A stretch of DNA of 64,000 nt, from positions 6,054,828-6,118,827 of the forward strand of contig CAJINV010000004.1 in NCBI GenBank assembly GCA_905178155.1, given 5' to 3'. Positions 1 through 12,823 of this stretch are shown here, piece by piece. How positions within the stretch are numbered: the first letter of the stretch is position 1; each line of letters begins with the position of its first letter. The notes under the pieces are model-generated. The model was not told where the DNA came from and made no database searches. It was given only the letters and a program-made list of their open reading frames with translations. The position numbers and the translations under genes were made by a program. This DNA comes from Amoebophrya sp. A120. Taxonomy: Eukaryota; Protista; Dinoflagellata.

Positions 1-3000
1 TTATTTTCCCGCTTGCTGCTGCTGCTCCTGCTGCTCTCGTTGACTGCGTTTTCTGACGTGTTTTGCGCCTGGTTGGTACACCTTCAGCTCCGGCGCGGCG
101 CCAGTGGGGGAAACTTGAAACGGCGGCATCTTTTCCAGGGTGTATTTTTTCACGTACGCGCGGAACTCATCCTTGTCAACGTAACCGGAGTCGTCGGTGT
201 CAAACGCCTTCCAAACCATCTCCCATTCGTCTGTTTGTTTGATGTGTTGTATGAATGGAAAAAAAAAAAAATTTAATTGCAGTTGGATAAGTACTAAGAA
301 ATGAACGCGCATGAGCAACAGGACAAAGCCCCAACGCAGGTTTCATGCGTGACGAGAAGCGCGTCCTACCCCTGATGCACGATGCGGCTTTTCGGAGTAA
401 CAATAAGACTAAAAGCAACATCGCCTCACGAACTACTGCTGCATCAGTTGTTGCAGCGAGAACAGACGGAAGCGAACATAGAAGTGCTGTTGAATTTTTA
501 CCAAGCGTCTCAGCCTTTTTTTTTCCAAATTCAGGCTGTAGAAAGAAGTTTGGTGGCGTAGTACTAATACCTGTGTTCATGTATTCCTTGTGTCCGAGGA
601 AGGCACGGATCTCGCGGAGCACGATTACCATCTCGTCGCGGTCCAGTTCGCCAGACAAGTCGTCGTTATGGATGGCAAATATGTCTAGGTCTGGAAGATT
701 GGAACTTGTGATGCTGTCTCTGGATTGTAGAAAAATCTGTGCTGCATGACCAGCAAGAGGAGTCCAGTTTGTGCTACGCGGGGAGGGCATTTGTCATGCG
801 AGATAGCCATTAGGAAGCCCTGTCAATATCTGTGATGCTAGCTCATGCATTACCGGCATCATGGGTCATGCAAAATATGCATGACAAACCTTGCGTTCTT
901 CCAGACCCAGATACTTGCAGTGGATAGTCGTCAAACCGCTGCCATATCTCGTCGATTTCCTCGTCTGTGTACTTCTTCAGGTCGTACTGGTGCTGTTATC
1001 GGTGTATTGTGAATTCTTGAAGATGATTAATAATTCAAAGTACTTGGTTTGCATTCGACGAGATACATACTCTGGCTCTTCTATTCGAAGAGGCAGAGGA
1101 GGTGGGAGGGAGAAGTGCTTTTATATCCTACTCATTTAAATGATCACCTCATCACTTCTCCGCGCAAAAGCGGCAAGGAAGCCGAGGGACGACCACGGAA
1201 AAAAATTATCATTAATATTGCAGCTTGTGTTAAAAATCGTGCTATCGCATTCGCAACTTCTGTTACCGTCTCTGTCAAACAGATAACTATCATACCCAAA
1301 ACTGCTCGAGCGGGAGTTCCCTGGACCTTTCGCGCAAGTACTCCTGGGACGACATTTCCGTGAGCCTGGAAACCGTCCGGTCCCACGCGAAGATTTCGTC
1401 CTGAATCGCCGTCTTTTTATCGATCGACGGATCCACGGTGAAAATCTCGTGCGCTTTCTTCTCCTATGGATTCCAAATTTCTCAATCTGGGTCTGCGTCT
1501 AGAGAGCTGAGACGTGTGTTCGTGTTGCTGACTTTACCTGAACCTGCATATATTTGGCAGGGTGGCCTCTGGTCTGGTATGGCAACATACCAGCATGACA
1601 AGTTTTCCTCAAGCTCTCGTCGTGCATTGGAATTCATGCGTATTTAGCATGACAAAGCTCCATGCAGCACGACAAAAAAGCTCGCCACTCCACCTGCACC
1701 TCTCCGTGCATCACAGATTTTGTCGCTGGTCCTCTCTTTCAGATACAAATCTGGCGTTACACACTGAGACCCAGACACAAGAAGATTTGCGTTCGATATC
1801 TCCGAGAGGAGGACAAATTTTGTCCTTTGTTCGTACAAGTTGTCGATCAATGTGATGAACCTCCTCACTTGGCTATCCTGAGGAAAAACGTCCCCACCAG
1901 ATTAGTCAAGTTGGGATCTCTGCAACACAAATCGAGAAGTTTTGGGAGTCACGCACACGAATGACAAGCAGGAGCTTCTCGCTGTTTATTTGTAGTGCCG
2001 GTTAATAGCAAGGGCAGCCGCATGACAAAACCTCCTCGTTATATGCTGTTTGCAGCATTACAAATGCCAAAACTACACGATTGGAAATTCCTGTAGTTGC
2101 AATTCTGAGTGACAACACCGGGATTGTTGGGACGTAGTTTCTATACTCAGGATATTGGTCGCGCTCCTGCAATGACAACGCCGGGATGTTGTCAATGAAC
2201 ACCGTGTGGAAGGTTTTCGCGATGGAAATGTAGTCCGCGGCGCCGAGCGGCTTGTCGCAGAGGTCCTTGAAATCGAAAAGCGCGCACTTCACCTTCTCGC
2301 CCATCTTTGGGATGTGCATCTTCCGCCCCTGCACTTCCAACTCCTGATCTTGTAAAACCTGATCCCTCGTCGCCCGATGGAACTTGCCGTCGAAAAATCC
2401 GCGCTGTTTCTCATCGATCGGGGAGAAAAAAACTTGGAACGCATCTTCCGCGTAGTCGGTTATTAGCCGGTAGTCGGTCTGGGAAGCGATGTCCAGGACC
2501 TCGCAGCGCTCTTTCAGCAAAGGGATGAAAGGGAGGAATAACGGCCGGTTTAGGCCGTTCAGATACCTGAGATGGAGAAGATCAAGGCGATAATCATAAA
2601 TTTGTGGTGAGCAGGTTGGTGGAGGAACGACTGAAGCACACGAAAATAGTTGTGGTTAGTTCCGTGCAAAAGAAAGATGTTCGACGCTGCACCAGCAGCT
2701 TGCCTCTGTCTCTCTACGGGAAAACTTAAGACCACGACTTACATCAACTGCAAAGTACCGACCGGTAAATAATCTTTTAAGAACTACGCACATAACAATG
2801 TACAAATCCTCCGGCGGCCGGTTACTGGTGGAGACTACGACCGCGCCCTTTTGGAAGAGGATCGAAAAGAGCTGCTTCATAATCATGGCGTCCGAAATGT
2901 GGGTGACTTGAAACTCGTCGAAACAATACAGCCACGCCTCCTCGATCATGTCGTCCGCAATGGCGTTCATAATGTCCGCCTTGTTCTCAGCATTATCCCC

Positions 3001-5002
3001 GCTGGCGGCTTGCAGTGACTCCCGTTGGGCCTTCGCTGCGGTGGCCGACCATTCACTATCCGCCTTGGCATGCACCCCGGCAGAGCTGATGGTCTTCTTG
3101 TGGAGGCGGTCGTGCACCTCGATGAGCCACTCGTGGAAGTGCACGCGCCGCTTCTTCTCAATGTGGGTTTGCGTGTCGTAAAACAAATCCATCAGGAAGG
3201 ACTTGCCGGACCCGCGACTATCCTACGAGAAAACATAAACTAAGGTAGGGTCAGAAGTCTCTGTGACGCGGCTAGTAAGTTGTAGTAGACAACATGCAAG
3301 ACTGACAGCTAGTGCGCTCTATCAGCTCATCCCGCGGCCCATCATGCTGACCATGCATCGTGTTACGACTCAGGAGCACCACTTCTCATCAAGCGCATTT
3401 ATTTCAGGCACGAATATCTTTCTGCGCAGCCAGATGAACTTTCTGCTGCCAAGCCGGACAATTTTGCACTGTTCAACATCTCTGAAGAGACCAAACACTA
3501 ACAAAGTTTTTTTCCCGGATAACAACCGCCCCAAATGTAGAGGCCCGTCGGGGCGGTAAACTTCTCGGGCGCGCCGGCGGGGGAGGCGGGCTCGGGTTTG
3601 GCTGTTTTTCAATATATTTTGAATGTAGTTGTAAAGATTGAGATTCACGTTCACCATTCCAGTATTGGAATCAGACAAGATGAAGATGAACATGAAGAAG
3701 TACGCCTGTATTAATTTCGCTTTCGCTGTTTTGGGATGCAAATGGGTGAAAAAGCAGTGCACTAAAGTTTCCCTCAACGTCACCGCGGAAGCAAGTACCC
3801 GCTCCTCCTCCGCCGAATAAACTTGCAAAAAATCCTCCTCCGCCACTGCCACTGGCTGGAGGTGACGACGCCGCAGGGCTGGCAGCGGGCGCTGGCGTGT
3901 ACCCTTTTATCTTTTCCGCGAGCTCCTCGAGTCGCGCCACGATTACCTGATTTTCATGTGTTCTAAATTCCTCTGTGTCAGTCTATCTTTTTCTTTACAG
4001 AAACAAAGCATCAAAAATAATTTGTATTGCAAGTACTACTAGGAGTACGGTATTTGCAATGCATACATGGAATGTACCAAAAATACCTTTTGGTTCGGGT
4101 CTTCGTTGATCTTTCCCTTCGCCAGCAGTTCGTCATAGGTCGCTTGTGGCGCATATGAAAGTGCACAGCTCCCCCCGACCCTCCCCCTCGTTTGTCATGC
4201 AAGGTGCCAAATCGTCCACGACCTGTTTTTGAACCGCACGTCGTCACCATCTTCTTGGCAATGCTTGCATGACACGTTCCGGAAGTTGTAGCCGAAACAG
4301 TTCACTAGAATCGAACAACTTCAAGTCGTTGTCTTGTACTAAAGCTGCAACGTTGCCAGAGCTTGCATTCATTCTTGCAGCTGTGGATGCCAACTACAAC
4401 AAATGAGGGGGAGGGGGTGAAGTAGTTGTGCACTCGAATAGCCCGAGCCCGGCGGTTGCGCCACTTGTTGGAGAGGCTGAAGCGAAGCCTCTCGAAGTCG
4501 TCGTCGTTCTCGCGCTGACGGTACAACAACTACTGAGGCTGCTAGAGGAACCACTCCTCGAAGAACTGTTCCTGCACGAAGTGGACGAGGAGCTCAAGCT
4601 CTGGACGAGTTGCGTTGATGATGTGGCCATTGTTCTAGCACTTCTACTCAACGAGTCGAGCTCGAGCGGCCTCGCGGCCGTTTTTATCTTCCCTTGACGC
4701 GTAGTAGACCACGTTGCAGCGCCACGACTTGAAGATGATGTGCTGGACACGGAGGGCGTCGCGGGTGAGCAAGGTAGTATTCTACTTTGCGCCACAACAA
4801 ATCGTCCTGGAGGTAGTGCATCAATTGCAATCTTCCCAGGAAGCTGCCCAAGCCCTTGTGCAGGAGAGGTGGTGGTCCCAAAGCTGCTGCAGGAGCCTCT
4901 TGGTAGCAGTACGATCTTGTTTACTGCGCTGGTGGTGCTGGTCGTGCGGCTTGTTACCGACGTTGCCGCGCGGGCGCGGGCGACCCTCGAGGCTTGCTGC
5001 AT
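1..5002 (-). CDS. AFG1: AFG1/LACE1-family mitochondrial ATPase with C-terminal EF-hand pair (multi-exon)
   Basis: Reconstructed motifs: GLYIWGGCGSGKSFLMDLFY (Walker A), RRVHFHEW, CFDEFQVTHISDAM (Walker B), TSNRPPEDLYLNGLNR, RDQVRRFITLIDNLYE, DEIFAWDRTVSRLTEM. GT-AG intron 993-1295 joins it in frame to EF-hands DDDLSGELDRDE and DTDDSGYVDKDE (intron 231-570). Stop at 1-3. The Arg/Ser/Thr-rich N-terminus resembles a transit peptide. Five TA-bounded elements must be removed. Confidence 0.88.
667..926. mobile_element. Introner family A
   Basis: TIR tatggatggcaaatatgtctaggtctggaag / cttccagacccagatacttgcagtggata; DR gtcgt; removal restores EF-hand FDDDLSGELD. Confidence 0.92.
1465..1798. mobile_element. 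Introner, degenerate family A-like
   Basis: tatg...gata ends with tctgggtct / agacccaga cores; DR tctcc; removal gives LLSEKKAHEIF in frame. Confidence 0.85.
1874..2154. mobile_element. Introner, singleton TIR type
   Basis: IR tatcctgag...ctcaggata plus acgtccc/gggacgt; DR ttggc/ttggt; removal restores RDQVRRFITLID. Confidence 0.85.
3219..3521. mobile_element. Introner, degenerate, inside Walker A
   Basis: tatcc...ggata ends; DR gcgac/acaac (3/5); removal restores WGGCGSGK. Confidence 0.8.
4154..4440. mobile_element. Introner family B (degenerate)
   Basis: tatgaaagtgcacagctcccc / gttgtgcactcgaata; DR gcgca/gcccg (3/5); removal gives LGPQATYDELLAKG. Confidence 0.82.
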
Positions 5003-6906
5003 GATCCACCGGCGACCTTGTCTGTTTGCTTCTGAGTGTAGTTGACACCAAGATTCTAGTACTTGTCGCGCAGGAGCTCGGGCCGGCGTGTACTGCAGTC
5101 CGCAAGATGAAAGTGAAAGGACGACCTCTTAGGGTTGTACTATAGTCAGGGGGTGGAGGCCCAGCTAGGATAAAACTAGCGTCTTCTGCGTAAAAACCGA
5201 AATCCAAAATGACGATATTGAAACGATGTTAATCATACACTGACGCGGGGCGGAAGACCTCCACGTCAGAACTATACAACAAACTTTAATGCCGAGGTAA
5301 AATTAACATCATGATCATAACCTTCACATACCGCAGCTCGAATGTGCATCTAGAACTACATCTATTTTTTTCAACGCACAATAGGCCTCTCGAATAATTT
5401 GGGACACCACCACCAGGAAGATTCCAGGCAAACCTGGTCTGTACATTCATTGAACTGGAAGATATGCTGTGGATTTCCACGATCCGATACTGTGCTCCGA
5501 CAGCGCAAGGCTGACAGGTTCTTACAGAAAGTTGTGAAGCAATAAATTCTACAAATTTGTGTACAAAAGCTTCAATAAGTGCGATGAAAATTATGCTATA
5601 AACAAATCAAACCGAGTGCTGAAATAGAAATTGCAAGCTAAAAAATTGTATGCTGCTATCTTTTCGCCCAACTTGTCCTGCACACGAAAGGAACTCCTTT
5701 CAGCAGCTCGCTTCACAATAAAGATGCAGACGCAACAGCTGTGATTTTCAAGTAGATGGTAGTTGTATGCAGCTACCCGGAAAATGTATTTTCTGTATCC
5801 GACGCCGTTATCAAGGAGGAGCCACAACAAGCCGCGTCATTACCGACATCATTTTTGTCTTGGAGGACGTTGTAGTCTTCAGTACATCGTAGGTATAGGA
5901 TACAAAAAAGTTGCACCGACGTGAAGTCGTGGAAACAACTACAATGTCACAGCCAATGTGGGTCAGACAGATCGATGAAACATTTATTTTTTGTCCCGCG
6001 CAATAGAGGTTCCGAAAAAAGCACCGATGACAGACAGACAGTTGCTTCAGTTTGATGTTGTTCACAGGAGAACCACTACTGCACGAAAGGAACTATCTCA
6101 TCCACCTGGTTGCGCATGATGTGCCGCAAACAAAAACAGCACCGACATAATCTGCACACGAGAACTAACTGGTGGACGCACTGTCTCTAGACCACGTATC
6201 TGCAACTGTAGTACGCACCGTGTCGCGGAGGTCTTCTTGTTCGTCCGACGGATGCAAGTACAAGGCGCTCGTCTCATCTCTCATCACCAATAAACCGGCT
6301 GTAGCGCAGAAAGAAGATGGTACCACGAAAGTGAACAACAACATCATAGACGCAGGCTGAATCAAGCGTTACCGTAGTTTCTCGTTGCAGTTGTCTACCT
6401 AGTATTTCACAATCACAATCACTTTATACAGTACTTCTATTCATCTCACAATCATCTTCAGGGCGTATAAGTTGTTTTGCTATATTTTTTTTTCGATTGA
6501 GGGGGGATTCATCTACTTCCTATGCACGTTGCTACAACTGAGCTAGATTTTGGGGAAATTATCATGGATGTGTGTCTGACTAAATTTCTAAATTTCAAAT
6601 ACATTTACTTTTACATACTGCAATCATAGAATTGAATCTTCGCAAAATAATATTGTCGTGGGTAGTTGTGGGTCTTCTTGGTTTAGTACGCATCTATAAG
6701 CGTATACTTAGTACTGTAGCAATGGTGATGGATATTCATATTGTTGATATTCCTAAAGTATCAATTCGTCATCGAGGTGCTTGTCGTGGCGGTGCTGTCC
6801 TACATCTATCTTTTGGTCTTCTACACTTCCTCGACCTTTTAAACGAGAAAAGAATCAGATCTCGATTGTTCATGTAGTTCAGCTTCTTCACCATCATCCG
6901 TGGTAC

Positions 6907-9900
6907 TTATTCGTGGTAATTGATGGATCTGATGTCCATCGTGTTTGCCGAGGCTATCTCCTTGTCGCCTTTATTTTTTCCAGATTTTTTCGATGACCTT
7001 CGGGCATCGGCTGCACCGGGTTGTACGGATGTATTAGTAGCTTCCGCAGGACTCTTTTCAGGAGCAGGTCCTTGGTGAAAAAAATCGTTGTTGAAGACAC
7101 CACCCTCGCCGGGATTGTATCCATTGCAAATAAAGTATCGCACAACTCGTACTCGAACTCATCGTAATCATTCATGACAAATCTGGCGTACAAATCCCAA
7201 TTCATATCCTTCTTGAGAAAGTCATCCTCATCCTTACGCGATTTCATATGGTACCAATAGTACTACTTCTAGTGCGATACTTTTATTCTGCATAGCTTGT
7301 CGGATGGTGCAATTGTCAGCTGAGTAGTCAGGTTGTTCATCATCTTCGTGGGCCCGCCACTGCTGTCGGACTTGTCGGAGGACTGCGAAAGAATCTGCAT
7401 CCGACTCGAGTGCCTCGAAGTTTTTGTGTTGGAGTTGTCGAGACTTTTGGAGGCCTTCTTTGAAGATGACTTTGAGGACTTCAAGTCGGTTTTTCTGCTC
7501 CTCGTAGTTCTGGCCGCGCCAGTATGGATTGCAAAAATGTCTGGGTCTGGAAGATTGCAACTTGGCCTGCTAAATCCGAATCATGCAAAAATCTGTGTTG
7601 CAAGAGTGCCAAAAGCTGTCCACTTTCGACCAAGTTGGGAGGGAGTTTCTCATGCAGGATAGGCATGAAAGAGACCTCACAGACTCTGCCATGCTAGGTC
7701 CCGCATTCCATACCTCAAGGGTCATGGAAAACATGCATGACAAGTTCACACTCTTCCAGACCCAGACACTTTTGCATTTCATAGCCAGTTGCGGTCGCCT
7801 CGCCCCCGCTCATGGGAATGGAGGTGACCTGCAGTTTCGCGGGCCCCGCCCCGGAGGTCTATGAGAGTGCACAACTTCCCCTCCCCCTCAATTCCAATTC
7901 TATGGCAAAACCAGCAATACAAACACCAGCACACACGGAGCCTTTGCATGACAGGTTCTTCTTCATACGCCAAGAAGTGTAGTACACCACGTACTTGTTG
8001 GACTCCTTCATCCGAAATTTGTCATGCAAACAGTGCTACTCGGCAGCAACCGGATTTGGAATTTTGCATCACAAATGAGGGGGGGGTTGTGCACTCTCAT
8101 AAGGTCTCGGAGACGTCGGAAACGTCCTCGGATTCCCAGTCGGTTACGTACATTGCGTCGAAGACCGAATTATCAGATGCAAAAATGTCTGGGTCTGGAA
8201 GGATGCAAGGTTTGTCATGCAACTCATCGAACACAAAAATGGTCTGGAATGCACCCAGAAGCGTCACAAATTGCGCAAGAGTTTTTTGATGCCTAGTTCG
8301 CATGAGAAATTGGCCCTTTGCGTGGCAAGAATTGGGTAGCGTTTGCCATTCATGCAACCCAGATTTTTGTGCGTTTCGGATTTAGCATGACAAGTTGCTC
8401 TCTTCCAGACCCAGACATATTTGCAATGCATACGAATCATCCGACGATGTCTCGGCGCGGTCCAACACCGATTTCCGATGCAATTTCGCTTCCTCCTGGT
8501 CGGCGGCATTGGCTGCGCGGAGAAAGTCGGCGGAGTACTCCGCATAATCCGCAGTGGAAAGTTCACCACCTGGTGCTGTGTTGTCGCTGAGAACTACCTC
8601 TTGCTCGCCATAACCCGACGCAATTTTCTTGGCTTTTTTCTTGGCTTTTTTCAGCAAGAAACCCATCACCTCCTCCACCGTTTCGGTGCCCCCGAAGCCC
8701 CAGCGGTGCCACGCCTGCTCATCCTCGGGAAGGGTGGGGGGAGGGATATTGATATTGTTGTTGGCACTCACCTTGTTGTCCCGCGCAGGTGGTTCACTAG
8801 ATTTTCTGGGCAGAGAAGTTGTTGTAGTCCTCCTCGCGCTCGCGAGGATCTTTGCCAATTCTTGTGCGTACAGTGGCGAGAAGTTGTTGGCTAAAAGTTG
8901 CGCTCGCGCAAACTCTTCCGTGGCCACAACTCCCTTCTGCCCGGCTTTGGCGCCGACTTGCCTGCGGTTCCTCTTCACCTTCAACCGTTTCTTCAAAAAC
9001 GCCTGCATCTTCCACGGGTCCCGCACCTTCCCAGGCTCGCGGCGGTCTTGCATCTTCATTTGTTTCAAAACCAGCTGGTCTTGCTCCGCTTCGGCCGCCG
9101 GCAAGTCGTCCACCGAAGCCTGCAGTAGTCTCCCGGGCTCCACAATGTGCCGCGACAACTTTTTCGCGTAGCTGCGAGTAAACCCGACCGCGACAGCCAC
9201 CTGCTCCACTTCCCCGAACTCCGGCACGAGGCTCTCCGCCACCACGGTGAGCTTCATGCGGCTAGTACTCTCCTTGTTGTTCTCGTCAGCAGTACGCCCG
9301 GTGAACCACGAGCTCAACCGGTCGAAGAAGTTTTCCTGTTCCTCCGCCGGGGCGGCCTCCCGGCGCTCCTTGGCCCTCCGCCACTTCAGCAGCTATCAAA
9401 TGCAAATATGTTGTCTGGGTCTGGAAACTTGTGATGCAAGAAAGGAAACAGAGAGCAGACTCTGATGCGCTGCCGCGCATGGCAAAATTTTCCGTGGTTC
9501 TGAGTTGCGTACTCCGCATGAGAAACTGCGTTTTTGCATGACAGGCACGAGGAGCTCTTTGGCTTTGCGGCCACGCAATACAAAGTTCAGGGTCATGCTG
9601 GACTAGCATGACAAATCTCGCAAGCTCCCAGACCCAAACATATTTGCAACTCATAGCAGCCCGTTGCGCACGACGGCCAGGGTCTGCGCCGAGCCCGCGA
9701 ACCCCCGCCTGCGCAACAGCTCCTTGTCGATGTCCGCAGTGTCTTCGGTGACGACCGACTTGGCCGGATCCGCCGCGGGGTCCACCAGTTCCTCCGCCAG
9801 GTGGTGCGAAAACCCCGGGGTGAAGCCGGTGAGAACGAGCGCGCTTTCCACCGCCCCAACCACGCTGGGGCGCGGGGGGAGGGATGCCGCGTAGTCGTAG

Positions 9901-12570
9901 AGCAGGTTCTGGTCCTTCATTTTCGCCTGTCGGAACTGCTTTTCCATGAAGTCCGCCAGCAATTCCTCCTGCTCCTCGTCGTCCAAGGTTTCCTGACTCG
10001 TGGGCATCACCATCACCCCGTCGTCATCCGCGCCAAAGCCTTCCCCCTTGCCGCTGGCCATCACGGCGGGGAGGACCTTGTAACTAAGAACCTTGTTCGT
10101 CCCATCATCCTCCTGCTCGTCCCCGGGTGGATGGTCTTGATTTGTTAGCCTACCCGTTCCGCTCGATGGTGGCAGAGCTGCACCTGTCGTGTTTAATATC
10201 ACTTGTTCCTCCTTTATGCCCTCCTCGTCCTCGTCCACCCATCCGGTGGGCCGATCCGGGGGAATCAGGTTGATCCTCATGGTCTTTTCCTGGGATTCGT
10301 GCGAGGGGGGCTCTGGGAAGGCGGTGCTGGAGGGCCGGTTGGGTTGCTGCCGCTTGGCCGACACCAGGCACCCGCGCAGCTCCGCCACACACTCAATCCC
10401 GCCGAACTGGCCCAACTCGAACAACGCGTCCTTGTCGTCCTCCGTGGGCGGCGGCGCCATTTTGGTCGTGAGACCGGTTTTGGGTTTCACCATGCGGTCG
10501 CCGAGCTGCGCGGCCAGCGCGGTGGCGTAACTCGGCTGCAACCCGGCGCGTTTCAGCTTCAGCTCGAACACGCGTGGTCCGGGGTACTTGGGCGCACAGC
10601 TCCCCTTCAATTTCCAGCCCCGCTTCTGCTTGAACCGCGGCCCGAAAAACTTCTATCAAATGCAAATATGTCTGGGTCTGAAAGAATGAAACATCTGTCA
10701 TGCCTGTCTGGCATGACGGAAGAGTTTGTGATGCGTGTCCAAGAAGACAGAGAGAGAGATCCTTGATGCTCTTGTCATGACAATAAAACGCAGGCTGTAT
10801 TGCGGAAAGCGCAACACTAAACCGCGCAAATATTTCTCGTGCTTGGCTGTGCATTAGAGAGCATTTACTATTCGCGACTATGCATTACAAGTTTCCAGAC
10901 CCAGACACATTTGCAATCCATAATTTCACGGCCTCCGCCACGCTCTCGAAGCCGCCAAACTTCACCCGCTGCATGGCGGCGAGGTCTTCCACCTTTTGTG
11001 GCGCGGGCAACGGGTTCAGTTCGAGCAGATCTCCCTTCTTGTCGTACTTGGCGAGCGCCTGCGCGAACTGGCGCGCGTAGCCCTCGCTGAAGCCGGAGGC
11101 GATACCCACCTCGAACGCTTCATCCTCCGAGGGCGCATGCTTGGAGGACTTGACCTTCACCTTCTTGTTCCCGGGTAAGAGCAGCCCGTTCATGCTTCCC
11201 ACAGCTGCGGCGGAACCCCCTTGGTCTCTTTTACCTCGGTTCCGCGCGTGGTAAAACAATCCGACGGCCAACCCGAAGGCGAGCAGGCACGCCACACAGA
11301 TCAGCACGCAGGCGAACGCACTGCACGGCAGGCACCAATCATCTTCCGGCGGCGCGGCAGTTGTGGAGGTTGTATTGGTGGAATCGTACACGTTCTCCAC
11401 ACCTTCCGGAGTGCCATAGGTTAAGAGACCGGTTGTGTTCTTCGAGTCGTTCATCGCCATTCCCGCGAGCGCGACGCTCCGCGTAGTGCTGGTCGTGGAG
11501 GTCGTGCTAGTCGTACTATTCTCCGCGGCTTTTGTGGTCATGCCATCCAGTAAATCTGGGTCCGTCCGCCCGCGGTTCAGCTCTACTGCCGTTGTCGAAG
11601 AAGTAGTCGTCGTCGTATTCATATCAACTTTCGCCGTCGTTGTGGTGTTTGTCGGTGGGGTCCCACCAGGTTGCGACGACGGCGCCAGGGAGGAAGCGGG
11701 GGCTGGGCTGGTGGTGGGTGGTACAACAGCTTCTGTCAAGGTAGTTGTAGTAGAAGTTGTAGTACTGCTTGTTGTAGTCGTTGTCGACGTGCTAGTAGAA
11801 GTCGTCGTTGAAGTAGAGACCACTTCTGTTGTGGTCGTTGGCGCTTTCGTCGTAGTTGGCGCTTTCGTGGTAGTTGGGACCTCGGTTGTCGTGGTCGTTG
11901 TGGTTGTCGTGCTAGATGTTGTGGTCGTAGTTGAGGTCGTAGTTGAGGTCGTAGTTGAGGTTGTAGTTGAGGTCGTAGTTGAGGTCGTAGTTGTGGTCGT
12001 AGTTGTGGTCGTAGTTGTGGTCGTAGTTGTGGTCGTAGTTGTGGTCGTAGTTGTCGACGTAGTAGTCGTTGTAGTCGTCGATGTTGTAGTTGTCGTGGAT
12101 GTTGTTGTCGTTGACGTGGTCGTCGACGTCGTAGTTGACGTCGTAGTTGACGTCGTAGTTGACGTCGTAGTTGATGTTGTCGTCGACGTTGTCGTCGACG
12201 TTGTCGTTGAGGTTGTTGTTCTTCTCAGGTCCGTCTTGTCTCCGAAGCAGCACGTTTCCGCGCACTCCCAGGCATTGTACACGCCTTGCGCCCCTTTATT
12301 ACATCGAACGATCGGCGGATCCTTATCCAAGCTCCAGGCGTGCGCGTGGATGCCCTGCGCGTGGACGCAACCCCCGTGTCGCCACCGGGCCGTGAAAAAG
12401 AGCGGTGTGTCCGGCTCGTTGTCGGGTTCAAATTGGTTGTATTCCGCCTGCGATACCTCGACCCAATCGCCCTTCGTCCCTTCGGACAACCGCTCAAATT
12501 TCTTGAACTTGTTTTCGAACCGCTTTTCGACCACCTCGTCGTCGCTCAACGGGTTCGCATCCCACCATTC
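6907..12570 (-). CDS. Large Thr-rich mucin-like single-pass membrane protein split by six introners
   Basis: ORFs 10885-12549, 9651-10610, 8382-9317, 7269-7484 and 6907-7143 join in one frame once six elements plus one DR each are removed. Poly-Thr stalk, TM segment (ACVLICVACLLAFGLAVGLFY), recurring G[F/L]xxx[Y/F]Axx[L/F]A and FGGxExV motifs. 5' end unresolved; candidate GT-AG intron at 12571-12625. Confidence 0.8.
7118..7294. mobile_element. Introner family C
   Basis: tatccattgcaaataaagtatcgcac / gtgcgatacttttattctgcata; DR gattg/gcttg; frame restored. Confidence 0.83.
7523..7783. mobile_element. Introner family A
   Basis: Family A TIR; DR gccag; frame restored. Confidence 0.93.
7860..8101. 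mobile_element. Introner family B
   Basis: TIR tatgagagtgcacaac / gttgtgcactctcata; DR aggtc; frame restored. Confidence 0.93.
8171..8432. mobile_element. Introner family A
   Basis: Family A TIR; DR cgaat; frame restored. Confidence 0.93.
9394..9655. mobile_element. Introner family A
   Basis: Family A TIR; DR gcagc; joins NGLL to KWRRAK. Confidence 0.92.
10654..10922. mobile_element. Introner family A
   Basis: Family A TIR; DR acttc/atttc; joins EAVK to FFGPRF. Confidence 0.9.
11735..12220 (-). repeat. Coding minisatellite (12-bp units such as GTCGTAGTTGTG/GAG/GAC) encoding poly-Thr/Ser
   Basis: Tandem gtcgtagttgag, gtcgtagttgtg and gtcgtagttgac units; translates to (TTTS)n. Confidence 0.9.
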
Positions 12571-12823
12571 CTGAAATTTTTTAAATTCGATAACGAAATA
12601 TACATGTGCATGTTAATTTGGATACGTTCAGTGTGAATTTGCTCGTGTTCTTGTTCATCATCATCTTCGCACCTTATCATTGATGTGTTCAGAGCTCCAC
12701 CGCTGGCAGCTTCTACTACGTGATGATCTCCACTAACCCTAGAGGTTGAAGTAGAAGTACATTTTTCAGACTGAACGACCATAGTTGTAAACCGCCTGCT
12801 AGATCTTCTTCTCTTCTTCTTCT

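Noticed and set aside
11435-12574. Plus-strand poly-Val ORF, and likewise 52942-53928 and 56520-57428
   Set aside because: Antisense shadows of Thr-, Ser- or Gln-rich minus-strand genes
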